The translations under genes and the position numbers were made by a program. From Takakia lepidozioides (Eukaryota; Plantae; Bryophyta), in contig CM060732.1 of NCBI GenBank assembly GCA_030704615.1, positions 58,156,001 to 58,220,000 on the forward strand: DNA of 64,000 bases, written 5' to 3'. The notes under the pieces were generated by a model. It was not told the origin of the DNA, ran no database searches, and saw only the letters and a list, made by a program, of their open reading frames with translations. Below, piece after piece: positions 25,063 through 36,873 of the stretch. How positions within the stretch are numbered: the stretch's first letter is position 1; every line of letters begins with the position of its first letter.

Positions 25063-28000
25063 ATGGCTTCCTCTGAAGCGGAGTTCTTCTCAGACGACAA
25101 ACCAGTGCCGTTCTCCCAGGAAGTCCTTGACAATGGATTTGCAATTGTTCTGGAACATGTCTTGGCTACCCGTTTTCAGCTGCAGAATGGCTCCATCTTT
25201 TGGAGAAAGAGGTTTACGATCTGAAAGGGAAGTTGGTGAAATATTCTTTCCAAAACCGTGATGAGACGGCTCATATCAGCCAGTGGAGAGTGCGTCCTGG
25301 TCGATACAGAGTACTTGGAGAGCCTCGGCGAAAGTCCCTTGGGTCATATGTGACGCCCGGGGCTGCTGCTCGGTCGTTGAAGACAAGATGGAGGTGGTGG
25401 TGAAAAAAGAACAGACTTCCTCCACTCCAATCGTTGAGCTTTCGGATTCTTCCGATGATGACATAAGTGAAATTCCAATCCAGTCCTTCCTACTGTGGTT
25501 GCAGAAGCTGATGAAGAAGAGATTTGTAGTGTCATTCCAAAATTGCGGGCGATGGGAGGAATGGCTGGATTCAAAAGTGAGTTGCGGGGAATTGATTGGG
25601 AATCTTTGAAGCAGGTGCCTGTGAAGTTCTTGCCGGAGACTTTTGATGGCGATATCCTATTCGAGCTGCCTCCTCCTCGCGAGTTGGAGGTGTAACAATC
25701 ATGATGCATGGAATGGACAAGAAACACGACGGGCACCCGTGGTGCAGAACAAAAAAATCCAATATTCAGAATGATGACAAGCTTGTTTTCAGGAGGACAG
25801 TTTGCAATGGACACCTTAGGTGTGATAAATTTGAATTGCAGACACTTTCTTCTTCAGTCTGGAGTTCATAATCAAAGCGAATGGGAGGGTCTGGCGGAGA
25901 ATCCATTTCAGCCTGGGACTGCCCCTCACCCGGCAAACACTTTCGTCTGCAAATTCTGCAAACTTGTGCCATCCTGCTTGGCGCTCTGCGGAGCAAGAAT
26001 GTACTATGTTGTCCACCGTTTGAATACAATGATGAGAGCTTGTGTGCATTTTGGATTCTATAACCATCCTGTCTCGAAGGGGATTACAGGGAGAGTGTTG
26101 AGACAGTATCGAGGTTGATCAAACAGGAGTTCGGGAGAAACCCATCCGCAACAACATCTGCAATTGCTCTTGGCGCAAGCAAGTCCTTCTTGGAAAGCCA
26201 TATTTTGAGTGAAGGAGATTCTGTGGGGACTAAACTTGACGGTGCAGCATTGGACCTGGTCATGGATCATTTCTCCACTTTAAGTTCACCTAACATTCGG
26301 CATCAGATCAATGCATTGAGAATGGGCTCTGGGATCAGAGGCTACATAGACAATATTTTGGAATTGAAACGATTGAGCAAGTACGATTACATCCAGGACA
26401 ATGTATTCCCAGGTCAAGGTGCCATCAAAGTTTTTCTTTTCAAAATGTCGACTGTTTGGAGGGGGGAGGGCTGGGTTAGCCTCGTGAAGCGGATGCAGAA
26501 GACTGGGACTTGCAGAACTGTTTTTCTTATGTTTGATCATGTGAAACGAGTGAAGGATTGGACGACAATGGCTTGTCATGTCTACGATCCAGTGTACCAA
26601 CGAGTTATGACAATTGCAGTTTGTGACATGCAATCCGAGGATACGGAATCCCAGAAGCTCATGTGGAATTCCCTGATACGTGTCATGGGCTGCCATGGGC
26701 TGCCATCTCCAAATTTCGCAGGTTTCATGGCGGATAGTGCTCAAGCAAATTTCAATGCTATTCGTATTGTCTTCGGATCGGGCGACCCAAAAGTGCCTAT
26801 GCCAGGAAGAGAGCGTACATGTCTATTCCATTGGACACAATCTCTGGAAAAACATACAAAGTCGGACATCAAACCAGAGATGCAGACTCAGCACCGTAAA
26901 TTGTGCAAAGAATACAAAGATGCTAGAACAATGAAGGAGGCGGACACTTTGTTCCAGACAATTCGTGCCTGGTGGTTCTCTTCTGGAGCTGCATCACTTG
27001 AGAGTATGAGAACATTGGAAGATTGGCTGGCGTTTTGGCACTTCCGGTATAGACAGTGGGGAGCAGCCATGACAATGGTACGAGGCTTCTATTTCATCTT
27101 ATTCATACATTTGCTTTCCATATTTTGACTCATTGCTTATGTTGCATGCTTTCCATATTTTGAAGTGTGAAGTTATCCTCTTTGCGAACATGTCCATTGA
27201 GGAAATGGCAGACATGCCATCTTGCAATTTGGCAGAAACTGTGCACAATGCATGGTTGCAGCAGTCTGGGAAACGAGGTCGGGATTTGTATGTGGCAACA
27301 ACAGATGATTTGATACGTGCCTTGCAACAACAAACCCGATACCGTGATTTCTTACGAGGTGGGGTTGGTGGCAAGGGTCCGGACAAATCGGAGTTGATGT
27401 TGCGTGCTGCAAACAGATCTGGGGATCCAATCAAGATAGCACGGGCGGTGAGCATGTATGCCCAGGGAACGCCACTTGTTTCTAGAGTTCCACATCTTGA
27501 AGGGGAGGAGAGATTCGGCTCCTGTAAGAGGAAATTGAACACTCCACCTGGTTCGGATTCAGATTCCCACAGGGCAGACCGTGATAACTTCTCGAAGCCT
27601 CGTGTTCCCCTGCATGACAGCTCCGTGTCCGGACCTCCATTGTGGAGGAACCTCCAACACGACGGCAAGCTCCAGCATCAAACCGTGCCACTGAAATGGT
27701 GCAGGAGAGAACCCCCCTTGATGTGCTTGAGTCCGCATGCCCCGACCACGTTTGGCACATAGAACGCACAAGTGTCGGGTCTCGTGTGAAATGTACAGCG
27801 ATCAGGGCAACTAATTTCGAGAAGTGCACTTCATCTATATCCAGAGGTGGTGCCCGAACTCCTGCTCCGACTTTCACGGGCTTGATGCGTCCATACGGTG
27901 CCAAGATGCGCAGATGTGTGCCATGGAACTGTGCGTCCTTCCGTAGTGATGAAGCCATCTCCTCCAACCGTTTGGCCCATGAAGGTGGGAACACATCTCA

Positions 28001-28534
28001 GCTTTCAGGAGATTGAAATGCTGGAGGAGGCAGGTTTTTCCCTTGCGAGACAACCCCAACTCCATGCATGTGCTACTACCTCCTGCGTCCTCCCGGGTCC
28101 CCCCGGCAAATCCTGACTTGTGGCCAACCAAACGAGATGGAAAGCTCGTTCGGCGTTTCCCTCCAACCGCTGAACACTTTGGCAAAGTGGAGTCCGCAAG
28201 AATGCTCCAAGCTCGTGTCGGAAGCACCACGGAAGTACCCCGATCCAGGATATGGTCGGGTATTCACAATCATCACACTTCCACATCTGCTGTTCATGAC
28301 AGGACCTACGACATCACGGTTTCCAATTTCCCCAATTGCACATGTCCTGATTTTGTGAATATTCTATCAACCAGTTTGGGCAAGAGAGGTAAATTCATAC
28401 CCTGCAAACATTTGTATTTCATATTTTTGAGGAGGATGTTTTGCGATCCCAAACGTGACAACTTCATTCACCATGCCACTATGAGTTTCAACGAGGTCGA
28501 TACTCTTTTGCAGCGGGATACAACACATGGGTAG
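25063..28534 (+). CDS. Mutator-type (MULE) transposase with GCM-like DNA-binding domain and C-terminal SWIM zinc finger (frameshifted; intron ~27078-27165)
   Basis: DDE core MFDHVKR / FMADSAQA / CLFHW (CxxH) / CNLAETVH. SWIM CTCPDF...PCKHL. N-terminal HDGHPWCRT...C.GHLRC...C...CKFC...C...C...H.G...HP. Confidence 0.85.
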
Positions 28535-28984
28535 CATGAACTATGTAATGTGGTATGTGGATGACCATGATTTGAAATGTGTATTCACATCAATTCGTCG
28601 GCTGTGCAATGATATGGCCTCCACCTATACGGAGTGAGGTCTGAGTGACAACTTTTAGGTAGTGCATATTTGTCATTGCACCGTTCGAAGTCTACATGTC
28701 TTGCTGTCGCTATGCACTACAATCATCTTTTGAAGATGATCATAACTCTCATTGTTATTTGAGGAGGGAGGAAGTCTTCTCGTGGCAGCCTTTATGGCGC
28801 ACACTTTGTGAGGATATTTTGGTCGTCTTTCGTAATTGTAAAAGTGAAACAAACATTTGTATTGCACAATGTTGGATGCTGCAATTGTAGGCCTCAACGC
28901 TCGTCTTGATTCTATTTAGGCAAGATTCCCTGCATTAATTCCACGGTCATAGGACCATCCACGGTTATAGGCGGCGCATGTTAA

Positions 28985-29149
28985 TGCTGACGTGGCAGTT
29001 GACGGACAGTGCCACGTCATCATTTACCGCCACATCAGCATGCTGACATGCGCTCACGCCACGTCAGCATGTGTACAGGCTCACGCCACGTCAGCTGGCG
29101 TGAGCGTACGCTCGCGCGCTCACGTGCAACGCTCACGCCATTGCGTCGT
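28985..29149. repeat. Right imperfect TIR with GCTCACGC and GCCACGTCA motifs
   Basis: Its reverse complement aligns with 12814-12870. Confidence 0.75.
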
Positions 29150-32100
29150 TGTGTCGATTACAGGGCTCTGAATAAGGTGACTATCAAAAACCGGTACCCT
29201 TTGCCAAGGATCGACGACCTCTTCGATCGGTTGGCAGGAGCGAAGTATTTCAGCCGGATCGACTTGCGCTCCGGCTATCATCAAATTCGGGTGGCGGAAG
29301 GAGATGAGGAGAAGACCGCGTGCAGGACAAGGTATGGTTCATATGAGTTCTTGGTAATGCCTTTTGGGCTCACCAATGCACCAGCAACATTTAGCACGCT
29401 GATGAACAGCCTTTTCCAGGAGTGGTTGGATGACTTTGTGATCGTGTACATCGACGACATCTTGGTGTATTCGAAAACAAAGGAGGAGCACCTGGAGCAC
29501 CTCAAAAGGTGTTTCCAGAAATTGCGTGAAGGGAAGCTGTATGCCAAAGCTTCAAAGTGCAAATTCGGGGTCACAAAAGTGGAGTTCCTGGGGCATGTGA
29601 TTACACAGGATGGGATTAGAATGGATGACAGAAAGGTGAGGGCAATTTTGGACTGGGAGCCTCCGACTTCGGTCCCGGGAGTGCGATCCTTCCTAGGACT
29701 CGCCTCCTATTACCGGAAGTATGTGAGAAATTTCGCCAAGATTGCGGGGCCGCTGTCAGACCTTCTGTGTAAATCTAAAGTCTGGGCATGGAACACATTT
29801 TGCAGCCAAGCTTTTGCTGAATTGAAGCAGCGGATGGCGGAAGCTCCAGTCTTGAAAATCCCGGAGTTCGATCGTCCGTTCGAGATACATACAGATGCAT
29901 CGGATTTCGCGATCGGGGGTGTACTGATGCAAGAGGGACGTCCAGTGGCTTACGAAAGTAAGAAACTGAATGAAGTGGAGCGACGGTGGCCGACTCACGA
30001 GAAAGAGATGAAGGCGGTGGTGCACTGTCTTGAGCTTTGGCGCCACTATGTTGGTTCCAACCTTGTGAAGGTGTTCACGGACAATGTCACGGTGAAGTAT
30101 TTTACCACGCAACCCAAGTTGTCCCCAAAACAACTTAGGTGGCAAGATACTTTGGCAATGTTCGACGTGGATATCCAGTACAAACCGGGACGAGACAATG
30201 TGGTGGCCGATGCTCTAAGTAGAAAGTAGCAGCTCTTGTTGGTGTACAAGGGCGAGACGGCGCTCCAAAGGAAGATCCGGAAGGCTTGCCGGAAGGATGA
30301 GCTGGCGAAGTCCGTGATGCAGGACTTGAGGATGGGGGTTAAATCGCAGTTCCACTTGCAAAATGGACTGCTTCGGTATAAGCAAAAGCATCTCTACGTG
30401 CCGAAGGGAGGGATCAGAGATAGCCTCTTGCGAGAATGCCATGATAGCCCGCTTGCGGAGCACGGCGGAGCCAAGCGCACTGCGGCACTCTTGAAGAAAG
30501 AGTATTTCTGGCCCAAACTGAGGGAGGAGGCAGAGGAGTATGTCAAGACATGCACCACATGCCAACAAAACCGAAGCGAGTACAAAAAGCAAGCGGGGCT
30601 GTTACAACCCTTGCCAATTCCAGAGGGGACTTGGGAAAGCGTCTCGATGGATTTCATGACTGTTATGCCGCTGTCAAAAGGATTCGATGCAATCATGGTG
30701 GTGGTGGATAGGTTCAGTAAAATGGGCCATTTCATCCCCACCAAAGAGACGGCAACGGCGCAGGAGACAGGGGGACTTTACTTTGCCCACGTCTTAAAGC
30801 ATCATGGAGTCCCGAAGGATATTGTCTCAAACCGCGATCCAAAGTTTACGAGTAAATTTTGGAGGACACTTTGGAAGAAGATGGGGACGAGGCTGAAGAT
30901 GAGCACCGCCTTCCGACCTACGACCGACGGCCAAACAGAAAGAGTGAATTCCGTAGTGAAGCAGATCTTGCAGAATTACGTGTCGGCAGACCAATCAGAC
31001 TGGGTGGAACACTTGGACGCGGCAGAGTTCTGTTATAATAACACAGAACACTCCGCAACGGGAGTTTCCCCTTTCGTATTGGTCTATGGAAAAGCACCTC
31101 AGGTGCCGACAAGTTGGGCCGCCCAGGACGTTGAGGAACCGGCAGTAGCGGCGGTACTGGAAGAACGCGAGCGTTTGTTGAAGTCGCAAAGTACAACATT
31201 GCCAAAGCTAGGAAACGGTATGAAAGGCAGGCGAATCGGAAGCGGAGGGAAGTGAAGTTTGAGGCAGGCACGGAGGTCTGGTTGAACATCAAGAATTTCC
31301 GACTACCTCCGGAAGTGAGTCCGAAGTTCGTACCCCCGTATGCGGGACCCTTTCGCATTCGGAAGGTTATGAATGAGGATGTGTATGAATTGGAGCTGCC
31401 GGCAAACAGCAAGGTGCATCCAGTATTCCAGGTCTCCATGTTGAAGCCTTACTTCAAAGATGAAGCGCGTCCGAATCGGCATCAAGTGTTGCGTCCGCCA
31501 CCTATGCTGTTGGATCATGAAAATGAACTTGAGTACGAGGTGGAGGCAATACTTAAGTCGAGGAGGTTCAAGAACCGAGAAACGGAGTATCTCGTCAAAT
31601 GGAAGGGCTATCATCATGTGGAGGCATCTTGGGTGCGTGCCTCAGAAATGGGAAACGCATCCGAGGCGGTTGCAGCTTTCGAAGGGCGACCTCAAAAGCG
31701 GAAGAAGCGTTGATGGGGACATCAACCTTGGAGCGTGGGGGAGGAAATGCATGCTTAGCCCGGCTTAGCTAGCTTAGGAATCCGATTGCAAAAACTTGTA
31801 TTGTACAAAACGTGCTATAAATGAAATGGCTTCCAAATGTTGTGCGTCCTATTTTGTTTGGAATGGTGATGCATGGTATGGTTGGCTAGTGTGTAGAATG
31901 CATGCTAGCTTATAAAAGTGGGAGAGGTAAATTGGGTTAATCGTGTGTTTGCATAGTGCCGAAATCGGGTGACCCCCATCCAAGGGACAAGGAAACTGGC
32001 GCCTTCTTTGGGAGTTCACATGCTAGTGCGCACCTGGCGCGTGCGCATACTATAACTGCGCTACCGAGGGGGTTGCCTTGTATGCGGGCTAACGCGGAAG

Positions 32101-33341
32101 CTACGTGCTTCCGTTCACGTACTATAATCGTGTAGCCTTGGGACGAAGTCGTAGTGCGGCTTCGGCGTGTTCCCGTACCTCAGGCCAGCATTCCGAGGCG
32201 GACCCATTGTAGTGATTGGGGCGCACGGTTAGTTCAAGGTTATCTTCCTAGTCAAAGAGGGTTCCAGGTGAACCCTTGCTCAAGGTGATGCCAAAAGCGG
32301 CATCAGGAGCGATCGCAAGCAATGTTGTTGCAGTAAGGCGATTCGATCCTCGGGGAGGATCATTCCTTGGCCTTGAAGTAGGCCAAGAAGAGTGCACTGG
32401 GAGGAGCTGGAGAGGCTCCACCCTTGGCCGGGACTTGGAGGAAGTCGGCCGAACTAGCTAGTGGAGAGTAGAGTCAAGTGTGGGGTTTGGTTCTTTGCCA
32501 TGGGACGCCATGGTGCGGAAACAAACTCCTTGATGTGGGACGCCACAACTTGGATGTTCGTTTCTACAAAATGGACAAGTCGATGAGGACATCGACTCCA
32601 TGTTGGTAGGGGTGTGTGTCGCGGCCCTTTGCCTTGAGGGCAGGGGGTCGGGACACATGAGGGCTGCCCCTGTGGTGGGGGCAGCGGCAGCGATAGGTAT
32701 GGGGGGCTGAAGCACCCTTGAGTGCCCAAGGCACTCAAGGAGGCGGAGGCGCTCACTAGGTGGAGCCCCACACACCGGGTTGCGGTGGGGGTGGCTCCAC
32801 AAGGGGTGTGGTAGCTTAGCGGACTTAGTGGGGGTGGCATAGGACTCACCATGGGGGCGGAGACCTCGTGGTGGGAGTCGTGGGGAGTCTTGGGACTCAT
32901 CACGGTCCATAGGGGCCGTGGTGAGTGGGCCAAGACTCACCGCGACTCATCACCGGGAATCGAGGGTTTTCGTGGTGTTTGCCATAAAATGGCATGGCTG
33001 GTTGTGAAACCCCCGCGGACAGCTACAAAAGTATATATAAGGGGAGTAGTGACCCCAAGAACGGTGCAAGCCCGTTGGTGACCAAAAACTAGTGAGTAAG
33101 CGAGCGAGCCGGAAAGCGACCAAAGAGTGGGGAGCTGTTCCGGACTGCCATCTACCAAAGGGAATTCCACTAGGCCCAAAGAGGTGGAGGGTTTAGTGGG
33201 AGAGCGAAGGGGGACCGTTATGTCCCGGTGAGCAGCCGAAGCTCCAAATTGGCCCGGCGGCCAGGTTTGGGAGTCAGGTGCGCGCATCAAAGCGAGTAAC
33301 TATGACTTGAAGGGGAGCTTACCGAAGTGAGGTGCGCGATA
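29150..33341 (+). mobile_element. 3' half of chromovirus copy 2 (RT-RH-IN-chromodomain and 3' LTR 32617-33341)
   Basis: ORFs 29150-30229, 30236-31255 and 31252-31713. The LTR starts TGTCGCGG and ends GCGCGATA. Confidence 0.93.
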
Positions 33342-34035
33342 CTGCGTTAGTTATTGCAAGGGATTGCAGAAAGTTGCGGGTAGTGTGGTGGTTAAGAGCA
33401 ATGAATGATAAACACGAGGTATGGTGTTCAAATCTCGTTATGTTGGGTCTGCTGGTCTGTTGGAGGGTCCAAGCCGGTTCGCTAGAGGGGGGGTTCTGCC
33501 CCCTCTGCTGGAGAGGTGCCAGTCTGCTAGAAGGTTGGAGTCGGTCTATTGGAGGGTCTCCCCAGTCCGCTAGAAGGTCCGCCACGGTAGATTAACAAGA
33601 ACTTAAAAAAATTTCAGAATCTCGACGACCCGGGCGGTGGGTTTATGAGCTCACCCCAAGGGTCGTACTGGCGGGGCCCGCCCGTGCATTCATGACCCTA
33701 TTATTAAACAATGAGAGGCGGTTGAAATTTCCCTCCCTAGAGTCTCAAAATAGAATAAGGCTAACGTAAAACCATAAAACCATCTAAAATTTAGAAATTT
33801 TCCAAACCACTCTTGTGTGGCCACTCCCCAACGTTATCCGTAATCTAGGATTAGCCTAAAGGGAGGTATTGTCCCTGCGGGGCAGGGCACATTAATGTGC
33901 CATTAATGGGATTTTGCCATTAATGCCAAGAGTCAACCCCCTCCCCATTACTCCTCACCATGCACGCGGGCCCTACCATGCTCTATGAGCCTCATTGCGA
34001 CAGATTGTATCCTTCATATCAACAATGAGTTTCCC

Positions 34036-36087
34036 TTACTCTATTATCTCAGCTTCTGTCCTCATACATCTCTCCCCTTGTCTGTTAACTTCTAATGCAG
34101 TTTGCTCTAGAGCAGTTGTGAGTGTAGCACATTGTATGGTCATCTTCTGATGTACTGCCTCCAACTCTGTATGTAGTACGTTCACTTCTTGCAACTTGCC
34201 CTCATGCTTCACCTGCAATTGGTATAACTGTTGCTTATGTGCTTCATGCAACTGGTCCTACTCGAGACGTGCTTCAATCAAATGTCCCTTGGCCAACTAC
34301 AAGGTAGCCTTTGTGTCCTCCAACTCTTGCTGTAACTTGAGATTGACCTCCTCATCTACCTTGTTAGCACACTCAGTGGCAATTCGAGCCTCAAACTCCT
34401 TCCTGAGTTCCTCCCTCAAAGCTGCCAATTGGGTAGATGGAACATGGGATTTCACAGAAGTGCCCAACAAATTAAGTGTCATGCTTATGGAACTCATAAG
34501 CATGGCCTGCTAGGGGTCATCATGGTGAACTTGTTGTTGTTCTCCCTCAGTGTGATGCCTCACCAACCATTCAGGCCATTGCCCCACCAAATCCTCTTCC
34601 TGAACCACCCCATCCTCCACAGGTGCTGCAGTGTCCTTATATTCTACCCCTGGTACCTCCATCACAGGTGTGGGTATTACATGCACAGCAGGGTTTTCCC
34701 TGGAAAAACGCTGCACCTCTGGAACCACTGATTCCCTTACTAAGCCAGAGTTTTCATAGAGAAGGTCACCCTTCTCAATTTCTGCCACGACCTGCTCTGT
34801 AGTGGGAATGTCCAACATTTCTCCGTCCAGAGCAATTGGGGGTGGTGTCACAGTATGTTCTAACTGTGGAACCTCTGAGGCAACTGAGTCAACTGGTACC
34901 GAAGTGACTTCTTCTTCCCTCTCCAAAGGCCGTGCTTCCAATAATAACAGCCCTCTGTGCTGTTGTGCCCCATCCTACACAAGAGCTTGGGAAACATCAT
35001 CTTGCGGTTTTCGTGAAGCCAGTGGATCCGCCACTACAGTCATACCCCGCTTCTGTCTCTTAGACAGGTGTTGCCCTGCCAGTCCACCCTCACTATGTGA
35101 AGAGCCCTGCTCTTCAATTGCAGTGGTTACTGCCTCAAACACTCTCATCTCCTTACGTTCCCGAGTATCAAGTATGCAAGAGTCAAGAATGATTTGGGCA
35201 ATGACTGGACCAGACACAATGATCGGAGACTTAGCAGTAGTGCCCTGTAACCTCTTCATCTCGTCCACCAGACCATTGTACATTAACTCCGCCCAAGCTA
35301 CATCATTTCCCCTCAAAGCTTTCAGGATCTCCTTTGTGAATGACCTGCTTAAATATTGTTGGTTCTGTTTCATGGCAAACAGAACGTTCAATATTTGGCC
35401 AACTTCTCTGAGCCCTGGGTACTCGGCTTTGGTACAAACGTAACCTTGAGTCTTAAAGAAACTCCCTTCTTGGAACAAATTCCCTATCTGCAATCTTGCC
35501 CTGTGCTCATCCACATCCACATGACCTGATGGCAAATCAAACAATTGCTACAAGTACTGGTGAGTAATTTCTATATCTACTCCCCTTACCTGGGTAACTC
35601 CTGTCCGAGGCTCAAAGTTATGAAGAAATTGAATCATATACTGCCGATGATGCAAGGACCAGTCCTTGCGTAGTAGCCCCTCCAATCGCAACTCCCTTAG
35701 TAGCTGCACTGCCTGCGGTGTAGCAATTGTTTGCTTCTGCAGAATTGTGGTGCTTTTCACCCTGATATCCTCCATTCCCCTCACTCTCTTCATTCTAGAC
35801 AAACAAAAAGGCTTTGTTTGAAACAGCTGAAGGAAAGCTTGCAGGGCACAGAGCATGAAGGTATGGTTTGCACAGAATGGAACAGGTAAGTATGTGTAAG
35901 CCTGTGGGGCTTGTAAGTATCGAGTGAAAGAAAATGTACTCTCAATTCGTCCGTCCTTGCGCCACTGCGTGAGAAGTAAAACGAGTGTGTAATCCATTAC
36001 ATCCGCCATAGCTACAAAGCTAGTGCTTTGATTGCCCCTTCCGTCGAGACACTGGCTATTCGGAGCCACCCCGACTCTTCCGCTCAT
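34036..36087 (-). pseudogene. Extra 3' ORF of the Athila-like element (Transposase_32/'env-like'-type N-terminus, coiled-coil C-terminus), with stops
   Basis: MIQFLHNF....TQVRGVDIEIT...LFDLPSG motif, followed by acidic and heptad-rich segments in the same orientation. Confidence 0.55.
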
Positions 36088-36579
36088 AACACTTCATATT
36101 TCTTGTTCTTGTTTCTTGGAGGGAACCACCCTCATGTAATTCGCACTCCTGATTGGCTGTGGCCTGATTAGGTAACTTCTTAATTCCACCCCCCTCCGTG
36201 GACATTCCCACCTGGAATGTCCAGTAGGACAGCACATGTGGCATAGGTCCCTCTTTTCTGTACTCGGAAAGGGTTCCGTTACCCTTACTCTGAATGCATT
36301 AATGGGCCCACAAATAGTCTTAGCTGATGTACCGGGTAGGTACTTTGACGGCCTGATTTGTCCTCTTGCATGATGAGTCCCACTCTTGCAATTGATGCAG
36401 TGCGGTGTGCTTCGCCTTAGTGGCCACGTGTCCGTTTCTAGACATGCCCCCGACTTCCCCTCTCCGCGTAGCATATTCTCCAAGTTTGACTTCCAAACTT
36501 CTTCTTCACTTGATGGCCACTTTTCTGACGTTAACCCACGTCCACCTGTCACTGACCTAATGGACTGTGTAACCTGCAT

Positions 36580-36720
36580 GGGCTGTGTTGGGCTGTGACA
36601 GGCTGTGTGGCACTGTGGTGGGCTGTGAAAGGCTGTGTGACACTGTGATGGGCTGTGATAGGGTGTGTCACGTTGTGATGGGCTGTGATAGGCTGTGTGA
36701 CACTGTGATGGGCTGTGATA
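36580..36720. repeat. 30-bp tandem repeat, ~4.5 copies
   Basis: Unit GGGCTGTGAnAGGCTGTGTGACACTGTGAT, downstream of the integrase. Confidence 0.9.
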
Positions 36721-36873
36721 TCTATGCAAACACTTGTACTTCCCGCCCTGGTCATACATGCTCGGCTTAGCGACAAGTGCTCTGTACTCCGTTGATATCA
36801 CTGGTGTAGCTCGTAACTATTTTTGCGTTTCAACATGCAAATCGTGCTGCAATGATTTGTCACGGATACCACT

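Larger units (their letters stand above)
12814..29149. mobile_element. Mutator-type DNA transposon (~9.3 kb native plus nested 7-kb LTR element) carrying a transposase and a ParB-like/DNA-methyltransferase gene
   Basis: Interrupts a gypsy RT gene. Flanked by the direct repeat TGTGTCGATTACAGGG (12798-12813 and 29150-29165). Imperfect TIRs (GAyGC...GGCGTGAGC..CACGTGAGCGCGyGAGCG). Contains a MULE transposase gene. Confidence 0.85.
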
